Origin: a virus
DNA length: 64,000 bases
Direction: 5' to 3' (one strand)
IMG/VR virus record: IMGVR_UViG_3300045534_000133
Location: 8,326-72,325 of that record
A program made the position numbers and the translations under genes. The first letter of the stretch is position 1, and every line of letters begins with the position of its first letter. Positions 29,401 to 37,095 of the stretch are shown here, one piece after another. Under the pieces are notes generated by a model. The model made no database searches. It was given only the letters and a program-made list of their open reading frames with translations, and was not told the DNA's origin.

Positions 29401-30086
29401 TGAACGGCTGCAGCGCCAAGACCACCGGCGAACTCGGGCACCAGTTTTTTGGCGTCATCGCTGTCCCAGATCGCGGCGCCCTGCTGCTCGGCCAGCAGTT
29501 CAGACACGGTGGATTTACCGGCGGCCGGAGGCCCCACCACGACCGTCATTTTCCGATCGTAGGCCAGCTTGCCCTTGGCGTAGCCCTTCGCCGTGGCCAC
29601 CAGATCGTCAAGGGTTTCGTCGATATCCTTGCCGCCCGCGTAGGTGCGCCCACCCACGAAGGCCTGCATCTGCTCGTTCGTCATGTCCGGCGTGACCGTC
29701 GGCGTGATCAGCCGCATCTTCTCGGCGGCAGGCTCCAGAGCCGCCATCAGTTCAGCAGCGGGGGCTTTGTCTGCGATCTTCGCCCAGACCGCATCAGCAG
29801 CTTCCTGCCCGATATCCTTGAGGACCGTAGGGTGAGGCTCGCCCGGCATAACCTTGGCAGGGTTGGTCTTGCTTCCGACGAACCCGACCGATGCCATGGC
29901 CTTGCCCTCGCTGCCGTGGCCGCCGGGCTTTTCGACAGCGCCCAAGGCCGGGCCTTCGTTGGGCTTGCCGTCATTGATCTTTCCGTCGCCGTCGCCGTCG
30001 CGAGGGTCGCGCGCCTTGGCGACGCTCTCCTCAACCCGGGCCATCAGGGCGGCTATGCGCTGTCCGAGTTGTTCGCCGTCTGCCAT
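23472..30086 (-). CDS. 2204-aa polyvalent protein: zeta-toxin-like kinase, NUDIX, HipA/PI3K-like kinase, ADP-ribosyltransferase-like
   Basis: GPPAAGKST/DSDDAK/HEES; FPKG...AIKEAFEESGL; WLVK...RNEVLASKL...WLGNWDVVG...NLL...IDPGGAL; VYKW...CNSMS...SEAEL. Confidence 0.8.
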   Translation of the reverse strand: MADGEQLGQRIAALMARVEESVAKARDPRDGDGDGKINDGKPNEGPALGAVEKPGGHGSEGKAMASVGFVGSKTNPAKVMPGEPHPTVLKDIGQEAADAVWAKIADKAPAAELMAALEPAAEKMRLITPTVTPDMTNEQMQAFVGGRTYAGGKDIDETLDDLVATAKGYAKGKLAYDRKMTVVVGPPAAGKSTVSELLAEQQGAAIWDSDDAKKLVPEFAGGLGAAAVHEESKFISDAVGMELRASGANIIYPVVGHNREKLAGLIDDYQSEGYTVELLHVMVTPDEAARRMAARYLKTGRLIDPGYFASIGDKPKTTYQTIKGEADGYAEIDVNGPQGSERITESIGVKNLVAGRALRPGGGGTDGGPGQMDAGGAGVAPQTTAGGSQGIGGNPDAKVFFEVAPDPNDAGLTARWNALDDADKFEISQSVSADLVPKALEAVGSKGEFSEQIGGYLGATNPSLSVRVDDPAKAIELSKVLGFALSQDSMMVVSETAAEGMEPVGIVTIELPESERDLASVSTLYDRLWAIKGEDGEPLIGGHSTADGQMIVLNYSGVPTDKLADLIDAQLERKYDISTDEAYSAFPDKKEYDYASGATEGAAPLRQAAGRLRSEATTLVGKYLARAEGRKARRPQGVGITKAKPGTLRAEMDAFAMALSMASEPVEPAVEPSAIERVRKGIKGLWQSWMHPRAPKGHPDGGKFQPKPGSDAAPKPKVTWSSGPLFDTPKPKAKHPLDFNGITKPFDGPKTGPKWTGKTDTGADKSYSLPSSAVKHPHTDDDGGEVWVKYPSKASPEVVWNDPDATATFTPNSPAPAVLQGIPTKLAYKPPQTAAEWVKVPGQNPAVEAMLPELTAPKGKNIGAGVIVQEEDGRVWIVSPTNGFGGYRQTFPKGTYEDDVPSLQANAIKEAFEESGLQVEITGVLGDFERTTSTARMYLAKRVGGSPARMGWESQAVRLAPVSTLRTWLNNGYTDHPIVEALEDLTGVKVRKKFDESKVDRWPKGTPLGGQFKDQGGGSGGYPAPPKIGWKKDGSGPGANATYYNQMKAVFDAAVKGDIAPAAALYKKNFAIMDAFNPNVKTNSHTKWKAQVGQYAMELMFVWQGKGMAAQSAKVIDGKLGPQSISGWTLIKSDGIGGTAPKGLYEDADGQKWLVKGNLQGKDDARARNEVLASKLMEAAGIPAPEYKLVDLGGKYGGGLGVATKWVEGLQKISTPGQRSKAKQQFAVHAWLGNWDVVGMGGDNLLVTPDGEVVNIDPGGALLYRAQGQPKTAMEFTAGAPDWETMRDPAKNADAAGLFGSMNATGLQDSAEALKGMTDEKITALVDAYWVDDGQNTKQKLASKLMARRDQILAKANLAPMNLPAASDAPQAASSTMYDVAAKTGAFVAEPPVVSPGGKAAESIATIQADEQAMGKATLAAKPMLSMLNNTWLTNAMNTDGKTKWDAMKVAAYYGQLAAFHDGISPASIAQIPDAIAKYLYTASEFEEANNKFGTGKPGVTTMAAGVSLASTPSAASSGYPEITDMKSAQEYAELAVMDAQDGLMPTAPKGPGMHGNTEDVNWLKKKYIEGFPPSKSTHELILNDNLYDKASTQGVALGGYGKALATYHDVLAGVTPKWGEKTASGAPSVVFDMISAEYYAKQAVRLGSNGIQPLPPTLPGDAYSEGISWLQSKYGPGGPGAVASTHAKALAGTLYGTELDAGMPNTTAINAYAKAMATNWEIATGKKAKGAVDTDALYAELTADTVKPALPDFAAAKLDASNSNASSHNAKVDLIEKLANVGNKSGILGLNYGTNTYGKKQAALANNALAALGSPHKVVPGQKKLAHPALTGAAENAAAADEIEEVVEVVEPTPAKPKKVVITKADLPPKPTFDKSSKAWKNTVNQQSVDAIEAAALEGNLTKLKGLTYPEHIDDAEGTLTGKQLEFSAHPSMKMQGYWSDTMKAVDDKFNPPKPLVPAKTIKKASLAKIAEAFPTAPLLTTVKQMPMNQRVGFWMALGQVQGERADFLPKAPITETVPASFKNSIPGLREKASPLSKQFMNSVQGSGAINDAYNQGKTTHGSIDLVAANVAMHKDAVELPEGSTVYKWLRVEPNMQAALLSAPVGTVLQNPGSACNSMSPTSTSGFAGSDPKTRARIVYRAAKGAKMMPTYKGSGYSYDSEAELTSLPGARMVLLGTKKMGNHFEIEVTLLPPHKNSLLTKL

Positions 30087-30116
30087 GGTGGCCCCCTGAT
30101 TCCGTGCAGCGAGCCT

Positions 30117-30293
30117 ATGCGAACGACGGACGACTTGACAGCCTACCGTCGCCTCACCGGTCTCGCTCGCGCGCTTGGCGAGGAGGCTGACGACTGCATG
30201 TCGCCGATCACCGCCGCCGCGTTCAGGGCAGCGTCTCACTTCCTCACCCGTCTGGCCAGCGCCGTTTACACCAAGGGGCTCAAGCTGGACTGA
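30117..30293 (+). CDS. possible 58-aa antisense ORF
   Basis: MRTTDDLTAYRRL...KGLKLD fills the gap between MuF and the giant gene; weak RBS. Confidence 0.3.
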   Translation: MRTTDDLTAYRRLTGLARALGEEADDCMSPITAAAFRAASHFLTRLASAVYTKGLKLD

Positions 30294-31416
30294 CAGGCTT
30301 CGGCGGCTCGATCGTGCGAATAAACTGGGTGCAACGACAGTTGGGATGAATAGGCGGCATCATCACCGGCCCCACGGGCGTGGCGAAGGGCTGGGCGAAC
30401 TTCACACCCTGTGGCGGGTTCATGCCCGGGACCGGCGCGCACACCTCGCACAGGCGCTCGTCGGCGGCCACCACCCACCGGCGGCGGACCAAGTCCTCCG
30501 ACAGCAGGCCCTTCTCGATCGCCTGCCTGAAAGCCTCCTGAATCCCCATGTTGGTGGCGCGCAGGCTCTCCGTGCGGGCAATCGTGCGGGACCGGAACTG
30601 CAGGTATTTGCGCTTGTAGGCCGCCACCATCTTGTCGATCTGGGCAGGCGTCAGGGGCTTTTTCGTTGCCTGCGCCTTCGCGAGCGCGGCGTCGTACCGG
30701 AAATCGCGCAGGCGGCGGTTCAGGATGCCGTCTTTCGGGTCGCCGTCGATACCGGGCTTGAACACCTGCCGCCCGTTCACCCGGTCGATCTGCTGGCCCA
30801 ACCCCCAACTTGCTGCAGACCGTTTCAGGTGAAAGGTTTCGAGTTCTTTTCGGAAGTTCCCGATCGCGTTGGCTTGTCGTGTGGTGAGCCCAATGGCTTC
30901 TCTGATTTTTTGGGCCTGCTTAATGGGGCCCTGACCGACACGCATGTTTTCCACCAGCACATCACGGATGGTCTCGCGCGTCGTGCCGCTGATCTGTTTG
31001 ATGAGGCCAAGGTCATACTCCTGCAGCCAACGGGTGAGAGCGGGATTGATGCGATCGAAGTGGAACTCTGCCCGGCCGATGAACGGTGCCGTCCCGGGGG
31101 CCGCCAAGGCCTCAATCCCGGCCGCCCAGACCGCATCCTGCAGGGCGTCTTTCATCTTGCCCGCCATCATGGCTTCGGCCTGATCGGCGGCGGCTCCCAC
31201 TACGGCCAGAACCTTGTCGCCCTGCCCAGATAGCAGCGCCTCTAACAGGGCATCCATATCCAGCATGTCGCCGTGCGCCTGCAGGAGGTCGAGAACGGCC
31301 TTGGCGATCTGCGGCTCAAACTTCTCGGCCAGCTTCTCGGCCAGCGACAGGTCTTCCGGCTTGACCTTGGCTACGGCGTGATCGTGCCCGCACAGTCTGG
31401 AAAATGTCAGCTTCAT
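30280..31416 (-). CDS. MuF / SPP1 gp7-like head morphogenesis protein
   Basis: 'RSRTIARTE', 'RRWVVAADERLCEVC', 'PPIHPNCRCT'. Confidence 0.9.
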   Translation of the reverse strand: MKLTFSRLCGHDHAVAKVKPEDLSLAEKLAEKFEPQIAKAVLDLLQAHGDMLDMDALLEALLSGQGDKVLAVVGAAADQAEAMMAGKMKDALQDAVWAAGIEALAAPGTAPFIGRAEFHFDRINPALTRWLQEYDLGLIKQISGTTRETIRDVLVENMRVGQGPIKQAQKIREAIGLTTRQANAIGNFRKELETFHLKRSAASWGLGQQIDRVNGRQVFKPGIDGDPKDGILNRRLRDFRYDAALAKAQATKKPLTPAQIDKMVAAYKRKYLQFRSRTIARTESLRATNMGIQEAFRQAIEKGLLSEDLVRRRWVVAADERLCEVCAPVPGMNPPQGVKFAQPFATPVGPVMMPPIHPNCRCTQFIRTIEPPKPVSPA

Positions 31417-31486
31417 AATATCTGCCCTTGACGCCAGAACACTGCTCGCTTACCCATGCTCTAGCTTTATTCGCTTGGGAGGCGAC

Positions 31487-31600
31487 ATGACACAGAAACC
31501 TAACCGGCGCGGCCCCGCTGCGCCATCCCTCGCATGGGCGCCTCTGCAGGCGTTCGTGATCTTCGGCTTTATTGCCGCCATCTGGGCCATTCTGGCCTGA
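31487..31600 (+). CDS. 37-aa membrane peptide
   Basis: GGGAGG RBS; MTQKPNRRGPAAPSLAWAPLQAFVIFGFIAAIWAILA; first gene of the + strand block. Confidence 0.55.
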   Translation: MTQKPNRRGPAAPSLAWAPLQAFVIFGFIAAIWAILA

Positions 31601-31623
31601 CCCCTTCACAGGAAACCACCACG

Positions 31624-32376
31624 ATGAGCAAGCAACCGAACCTGCCCGGAACGGCGCCGGTCAAAAAGAAGCAGTACACCGAATATCCGGGGCGCCGCTG
31701 CCCGCATGCGGTGAACCGCCCTCTGCCCCACATCAAATATCAGATTGAAAACCTGCCGGGGTTCCGCACTGTCCTGCAGCAAACCGGCCTTAGTGTCGCC
31801 TCAACCGGCCACTCCGCTGCGCGTCGCATTTTGGGGGCTCACGTCAAACACGGGACCGACTACGCGGTGTTTGTTGACGAGAACGGTTACGGCGGTTTCG
31901 TGCCGAAACCGGGCACCATTCCCGAGGGCGCACGCCTGACGAACCCAAACATTTGCCAATGGGCCTTGCCCAAGCCGGTCCCCACCGCTGTGGTGCACGG
32001 GGTGGTGCATGGGAATGACTCGACCTTCCCTCCCACCTGCACCGGCGCAATCCGGCCTGATCGCCCCGACCTGAAACCGTCGGAGTGGGCCAAAGCCCTG
32101 ACAGCGGTGGTGGGCGCGATCAATCCGGTGACGTTCCGCTATGGCCGGAACGTCACCGACGAGACGGTGGCCGAGAGCGTTGGACTTCCGGTCGCCGCCA
32201 TCACCTTGACCCGCCTTGAGGAATACGGCGAGCCGGTGCCCACGGTTAGCCCGGCCGAGTTAATCGCCCTGCGCAATGAGGCTACCTCACGGGCCGAGGC
32301 GTTCCTGAAATACGCCGCTGACGAGGAAACCTTCGCCGCCCGCATGAACGCCGCCCTCGCGAAACTGGGAGCCTGA
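31624..32376 (+). CDS. hypothetical protein
   Basis: AGGA RBS; MSKQPNLPG..., 250 aa. Confidence 0.65.
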   Translation: MSKQPNLPGTAPVKKKQYTEYPGRRCPHAVNRPLPHIKYQIENLPGFRTVLQQTGLSVASTGHSAARRILGAHVKHGTDYAVFVDENGYGGFVPKPGTIPEGARLTNPNICQWALPKPVPTAVVHGVVHGNDSTFPPTCTGAIRPDRPDLKPSEWAKALTAVVGAINPVTFRYGRNVTDETVAESVGLPVAAITLTRLEEYGEPVPTVSPAELIALRNEATSRAEAFLKYAADEETFAARMNAALAKLGA

Positions 32377-32378
32377 TC

Positions 32379-32771
32379 ATGGCCAACACTCCCATCAGAG
32401 ACGCCAAGCGCGCCGCCACCCGGGCGAAGATCGAGACGGCAGCCAAGGCCGTGTTCGACGCCAAAGGCTGGGAGGGCGGCGGCATCCGCCTGATCGCCGA
32501 GACGGCTGGCGTGTCCATCGGTGCCATCTTCGCCATCTGGCCTGACGGCAAGCGGGCCCTCTGGAGCGAGATTATCAAGACCGAGCCGCCGGTGGACGGA
32601 GCGCTCTGGCGCTCCGCCCCGGGCATGCTGGCCATCCTTCGGGCCCTGCAGGCAGCGGAGGACATGAATCAGGCCGTCGGGCTCAAGGCTATGACTACTG
32701 AAACCCGCGTGGCGATTGACGCCATCGTGGCCAGCGCCACCACCCCCATGCCGTTCGAGGTGGGCCGATGA
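32379..32771 (+). CDS. TetR-family HTH regulator
   Basis: 'TRAKIETAAKAVFDAKGWEGGGIRLIAETAGVSIGAIFAIWPDGKRAL'. Confidence 0.8.
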   Translation: MANTPIRDAKRAATRAKIETAAKAVFDAKGWEGGGIRLIAETAGVSIGAIFAIWPDGKRALWSEIIKTEPPVDGALWRSAPGMLAILRALQAAEDMNQAVGLKAMTTETRVAIDAIVASATTPMPFEVGR

Positions 32772-33130
32772 ACCCGGCCCCCGAGAGCGCATCCTACCCC
32801 GTCGCGGGCGCCGCCGTGGCGTGCGGCGTCGATATCGGCATGGCGCAGCGCTACTGCTGGGCCAACCGGGTGTGGCTGCTGAACCCTTCCGGGCCGACGC
32901 GCCGGGCTTTGGAGGGGGCCTACAATGCCATCCTGCAGGTGTACGGCGACCAGACCACGGCCGCCCTGCAGGAGCGGCTGGAGGCGGCTATCATGGAGGA
33001 CCGCATCTACTGGCCGGTCCCGGGCTGGAAAGAGGCGATGGCCGGGCAGCCTGATCGGCCCCTGCCCGACGTGGACCGCACTGATGACGACGGCGTGGAG
33101 CCGCCGGAGCAGCCGGAGCCGATCGAGTAG
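32768..33130 (+). CDS. hypothetical protein
   Basis: ATGA-coupled ORF with acidic tail. Confidence 0.6.
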   Translation: MNPAPESASYPVAGAAVACGVDIGMAQRYCWANRVWLLNPSGPTRRALEGAYNAILQVYGDQTTAALQERLEAAIMEDRIYWPVPGWKEAMAGQPDRPLPDVDRTDDDGVEPPEQPEPIE

Positions 33131-33199
33131 CGAAGCCGGGGCTGTCCATTTTTGTCAGCTATGCTATGGAGGGCCCCCGGCTCTGCAACAGGTGAACCC

Positions 33200-33397
33200 G
33201 TGACTGAATCCGCCAAACCCAAGGCCCGCCGTGGCTTCGCCTGCATGGACCCGGCCCGCGTCGCCGAGATCGCAGCCAAGGGTGGTCGCTCTGTGCCGGA
33301 CGAGAAGCGTTCATTCTCGAAAGACCGCACACTGGCCGAGACCTCCGGCCGCAAGGGAGGCCTCGCTGGGGCCGGGAAAACGAAAAAGCCGGTCTGA
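33200..33397 (+). CDS. KGG-repeat stress protein (YciG/con-10-like)
   Basis: 'RGFACMDPARVAEIAAKGG', 'RSFSKDRTLAETSGRKGG'. Confidence 0.85.
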   Translation: MTESAKPKARRGFACMDPARVAEIAAKGGRSVPDEKRSFSKDRTLAETSGRKGGLAGAGKTKKPV

Positions 33398-33475
33398 TCA
33401 TTTTCCCGCTTGCTATATCAGTTCTCTGATATATGTTCCTCCCATAGCCTAGCTATCACTTGGGAGTGAAACGAC

Positions 33476-33679
33476 ATGATCACCTACGAAAAGCGAACCT
33501 TCGGGAAGGTTCCGGCCAAGACCGAGTATGTGGTGCGCCTTGATCGCCGCATGGTGGGCCGCATCCGGCCGTTCGAGGGCGGCTACCGCTACGAGCCCAA
33601 GGGCGCGCTCAACAGCATGATGGGCGCAACCTTCCCCACTGTCGCCGCCGCCAAGGCCTCGATCGAGGGCACCGACTGA
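33476..33679 (+). CDS. hypothetical protein
   Basis: GGGAG RBS, 67 aa. Confidence 0.6.
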   Translation: MITYEKRTFGKVPAKTEYVVRLDRRMVGRIRPFEGGYRYEPKGALNSMMGATFPTVAAAKASIEGTD

Positions 33680-34101
33680 TGGACGCCCTGAATACCCTTT
33701 CCATCACTGACCAGTTCGTTGTGCTGCGTCAGTTCATCGGCACCGACAAACAGCCCTACAGGGGCCTCCCGGGGCCTGTGATGGTCTTCCGGGTTAACGC
33801 GCTGCAGGCCAAGCCCAGTGAGCCCGAGGACGCCCTGTTTGAGCCCCCGGTGCGCCGCATCGACCTGCGCTCCGACGATCGCATCCGCTTCACCGAGCAA
33901 GGTGCCGACGTGAAAACCGAACCGCGCGGCGCAAGGCCTTGGCTGCAGGCTCACCCGGCTGCCATGGGCCGCGCCAACGGCGCCTGCATCGTGCGCCTCA
34001 CGTCGGAGGGGCGGCGTCGGCTGGCCCTGCTGAACGACCTGATCGAGACACATCAGGCAGCCCCATCATCCGTCCACGAACTGATATCTGCATTGTCGTA
34101 A
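33679..34101 (+). CDS. hypothetical protein
   Basis: TGATG-coupled ORF. Confidence 0.55.
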   Translation: MDALNTLSITDQFVVLRQFIGTDKQPYRGLPGPVMVFRVNALQAKPSEPEDALFEPPVRRIDLRSDDRIRFTEQGADVKTEPRGARPWLQAHPAAMGRANGACIVRLTSEGRRRLALLNDLIETHQAAPSSVHELISALS

Positions 34102-34145
34102 CAGCTAGAGCGTGCCACCGTATCACTTCACAGAGGAACAACCCC

Positions 34146-34343
34146 ATGATCGACATGCAAGACCCTCGCGACCACCGCCGTGTGGCCGCCATGACTACCG
34201 ACCAAGCCAGCCACAGAGGCTGGGACTTCCGCCCGTGCGACGAGCCGCCGCTGTGGTTCAGGGCCGTGGCCGAGGTGCTGCGTCCGCGCAGCCTCATCAT
34301 CTTGGCTGCAATGGCCGGGGTTATCAGCCTGTGGTTTCTGTGA
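34146..34343 (+). CDS. small membrane protein
   Basis: GAGGA RBS; hydrophobic C-terminal helix. Confidence 0.55.
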   Translation: MIDMQDPRDHRRVAAMTTDQASHRGWDFRPCDEPPLWFRAVAEVLRPRSLIILAAMAGVISLWFL

Positions 34344-34549
34344 TGGAAAAAGTTCAGTTGCAGTTACCGACGACGCCATACCCGCTCGCCACCGCGCCGG
34401 TTTACGACCGGACCCGCGATGAGTTTGCAATGGCCGCACTGACGGGGCTTTTGGCGGCTCGCTCATACGACACCACTGACGGTCTTGTTTATGCAGCAAC
34501 CGCCTACACCCTTGCCGACGCCATGCTTAAGCAGAGAGAAGCATCATGA
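34343..34549 (+). CDS. small phage protein with 'RDEFAMAAL...AYTLADAML' motif
   Basis: Motif widespread in small phage early proteins. Confidence 0.7.
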   Translation: MEKVQLQLPTTPYPLATAPVYDRTRDEFAMAALTGLLAARSYDTTDGLVYAATAYTLADAMLKQREAS

Positions 34550-34755
34550 CCTCGGATGCCACATACACCACGTCGGGCGCCAGCATGACGTTGACGCCGG
34601 GCCAGACCATTTTCATCAACGGAAAGCGCCATGTGGTCCGCGAGGTCTTCACGCACACGTTCACGGCGGACCCCGACACTCGCAATCACCAGACACGGCG
34701 GGTTGATCGCGCGAAAGCCCGCGCCGCCGCCAAGTCCAAGAGGAAAGCATCATGA
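34546..34755 (+). CDS. hypothetical basic protein
   Basis: ATGA-coupled ORF. Confidence 0.55.
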   Translation: MTSDATYTTSGASMTLTPGQTIFINGKRHVVREVFTHTFTADPDTRNHQTRRVDRAKARAAAKSKRKAS

Positions 34756-35414
34756 CCCCCGACGAACTCCCCGCTGATATGGAGGGGCGCACCCCTGCAC
34801 CAGAGGGGGAGGCCCTTTTGTGTCGCCTGTGTTCAATGGGTTTGAAGGAGTGCGATTGCATCTCCGAACCCCGCTACGCATCCCCTGTCGTTCCTGCACC
34901 AGAGGGGGTGTTTGTTAGCGAGACTTGCGAAGGTGAAGTCTGCTGGTGCGGAAAGCCTGCGGTCCGAAAGGTCGGGGAGGAGTTTGCGGATGACGAGCCG
35001 AACCCTAACCGCCACAACCTCACTCGGTATATCTGCGCCCACCACTTCGCTGAACTCATGGGGCCAGCGGGGGCGCGGTCTGTCGGCATTGCCCCTGTCG
35101 TTCCGGTAGGGAGCGGGGAGGCGGTGGCGCGAGCCACCTGTCAAGACTGCGGTGGCCATATCGAGGGCTGGATTTGCCAATCGTGCGACCGTCAGTTCCG
35201 GGAAAACGACGCGGGCAAACTCGTTTTTGAGGACCAGCCTGTCGTTCCGGTAGGGGTGAGCAGGGAGGAGATTATCAAGGCCGTTCGTCCGGTTCTAGAC
35301 CGGCACCCAATGATCGACAGCAGCCAGTCGCACAAGCTGGACATTCAAGCCGGGTGGGTGGCCGACGCCGTCCTCGCAGCCCTTACAGGAGAAGACCCCA
35401 GAGGGGCAGGGTGA
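34752..35414 (+). CDS. modular Cys-rich protein with PVVP linker repeats
   Basis: Three Cys clusters separated by CCTGTCGTTCC repeats. Confidence 0.65.
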   Translation: MTPDELPADMEGRTPAPEGEALLCRLCSMGLKECDCISEPRYASPVVPAPEGVFVSETCEGEVCWCGKPAVRKVGEEFADDEPNPNRHNLTRYICAHHFAELMGPAGARSVGIAPVVPVGSGEAVARATCQDCGGHIEGWICQSCDRQFRENDAGKLVFEDQPVVPVGVSREEIIKAVRPVLDRHPMIDSSQSHKLDIQAGWVADAVLAALTGEDPRGAG

Positions 35415-35611
35415 CCAGCCGCGTCGCGCGCTGGTACGCCACCGACGGCGAACTGGACTTCCTCTGGGAGGCCTACGTCCATGAGGGCCAGCACAGGGCC
35501 CGGCTGACGGTGATCTGCAGCTACCCCGGGGACTCTGCAACCGGCACCGGGGCGAACGACAACGAGGCCCTATGGAGCGCGTGGGCCGCTTATCAGGACA
35601 GACCACAATGA
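35411..35611 (+). CDS. hypothetical protein
   Basis: GTGA-coupled ORF. Confidence 0.5.
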   Translation: MTSRVARWYATDGELDFLWEAYVHEGQHRARLTVICSYPGDSATGTGANDNEALWSAWAAYQDRPQ

Positions 35612-35994
35612 AGCGGTGCGAGCGAGAAGCCGTCGATATCATCCGGTCCATGCTGGAACCTCACGGCATCACATGCCGGACAGAACCGGGCGGCAAGCAC
35701 CTTGCCGTCCACGTCGATCACAACGGCGGCCACCACAAGTTCGCCATCTCCAGCAGTCCCCTGAATCGGGACCACCAGCTTACAAACGTGCGTCAGCAGG
35801 TGACCGGCTGGATGGAGGCACAAGGCCTCGTCCCCGCGCGCGGGAGGGCTGCACAGAGGCCTAACAAGCGGAGGCGACAAACCCGGGTAAAGTCCACCAT
35901 CTATCGCTACGAGGTGTCCATCGACGAAGCCGATCACGGCCCGTCCAGCGACCCTTGGCGGGCGTTGCGGGCCCTACAGGGGCAAGAGGCATGA
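35608..35994 (+). CDS. HicA-like fold protein
   Basis: helix, then 'GITCRTEPGGKHLAV', 'ISSSP', helix. Confidence 0.45.
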   Translation: MKRCEREAVDIIRSMLEPHGITCRTEPGGKHLAVHVDHNGGHHKFAISSSPLNRDHQLTNVRQQVTGWMEAQGLVPARGRAAQRPNKRRRQTRVKSTIYRYEVSIDEADHGPSSDPWRALRALQGQEA

Positions 35995-36728
35995 CCCGGC
36001 CCCTTCTGATTGATCTGTTCTGTGGCGAGGGCGGAGCCGGTGAAGGCTACCGCCGCGCGGGCTGGAGCGTCATCGGCGTGGACACGGCGCCCCTGATGAA
36101 GCGCTACCCGGCCGGGCCGTACCTGCGCATGGACGTGCTGGGCATCGACCCGCGCCTGCTGGCCATGGCCGACGCCATCCATGCCAGCCCGCCCTGCCAG
36201 TTCGGCAGCGAGATCACCCCCGAGGAAGCCCGCCACCGGCACGTCAACCTCATTCCCCAGACCCGGAAGCTGCTGCAGGCCAGCGGCAAGCCCTACATCA
36301 TCGAGAACGTGCGCGCCGTCCGGCCGCACCTGATCGACCCGGTGTCGCTGTTCGGCACGATGTTCGGTTGCCGAATGATGACCAGCAAGTTCGAGACGTT
36401 CGTGCTGTCGAGGGAGCGGCTGTTCGAGACGAACTGGGGGCTCACCGCGCCCCATGATCATGGCCGGGGCATCCACCCGATCGCCAACGTCTATGGGGGC
36501 CACCTGCGCGCCCGGGGCGGCGACAACCGCACCGGCGGCAAGACTGGCCGCACCGTGGACTTCCCCGGGGAAGACCGGCAGGCCCTCGCCCGCGAACTGA
36601 TGGGCATGCCATGGGCGACGATGAAGGGGATGAGCGAGGCGGTCCCACCGGCCTACACCGAGTTCATCGGTCGGCGGCTGCTGGAGAAGATCGGGGCCCG
36701 ATGGGAGCCCCTGCGCCTTACCGCCTAA
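35991..36728 (+). CDS. DNA cytosine-C5 methyltransferase
   Basis: 'IDLFCGEGG', 'ASPPCQ', 'IIENV', 'EAVPPAYTEFIG'. Confidence 0.9.
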   Translation: MTRPLLIDLFCGEGGAGEGYRRAGWSVIGVDTAPLMKRYPAGPYLRMDVLGIDPRLLAMADAIHASPPCQFGSEITPEEARHRHVNLIPQTRKLLQASGKPYIIENVRAVRPHLIDPVSLFGTMFGCRMMTSKFETFVLSRERLFETNWGLTAPHDHGRGIHPIANVYGGHLRARGGDNRTGGKTGRTVDFPGEDRQALARELMGMPWATMKGMSEAVPPAYTEFIGRRLLEKIGARWEPLRLTA

Positions 36729-36826
36729 AATATCAGGGTTGCAATATATCTCAAGGTGTGTTATAATAGCCTCACTGGCCAATCGGGCCAGCGACTGTTC
36801 TTTCATACCGTGAATAGGAATACACG

Positions 36827-37060
36827 ATGGTAAAGCTGCCAAAGGTTATTGCACGCCCGGACGATCACTACATGATCATCTGCCCCGGCTACTGGGGTAA
36901 GGGCGAAACCCTCGCCGCCGCCCGCAAGGCCTTGCCGTTCTCTCTTGACGAGGACCGCTGGGTTATTCAGTCGGTGCACCCCAGCACTAGGCTCGATGGA
37001 GACGGCTACCTCGTGCGCGACGGCGGCACTCACGCCCCGCTCGAACTGGCCCGCTCCTGA
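36827..37060 (+). CDS. hypothetical protein
   Basis: AGGA RBS; preceded by an AT-rich promoter-like stretch (TTGCAA...TATAAT, ~36740-36768). Confidence 0.6.
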   Translation: MVKLPKVIARPDDHYMIICPGYWGKGETLAAARKALPFSLDEDRWVIQSVHPSTRLDGDGYLVRDGGTHAPLELARS

Positions 37061-37066
37061 CGGCCC

Positions 37067-37095
37067 GGCCCCCGGCTCACCCCGGGGGCCATTTT
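37067..37095 (+). terminator. intrinsic terminator
   Basis: GGCCCCCGG-CTCAC-CCGGGGGCC then ATTTT. Confidence 0.6.

Noticed and set aside
30087-30239. Upstream extension of the giant ORF to 2255 aa
   Set aside because: A G-rich RBS precedes ATG 30086 and the extension looks non-coding
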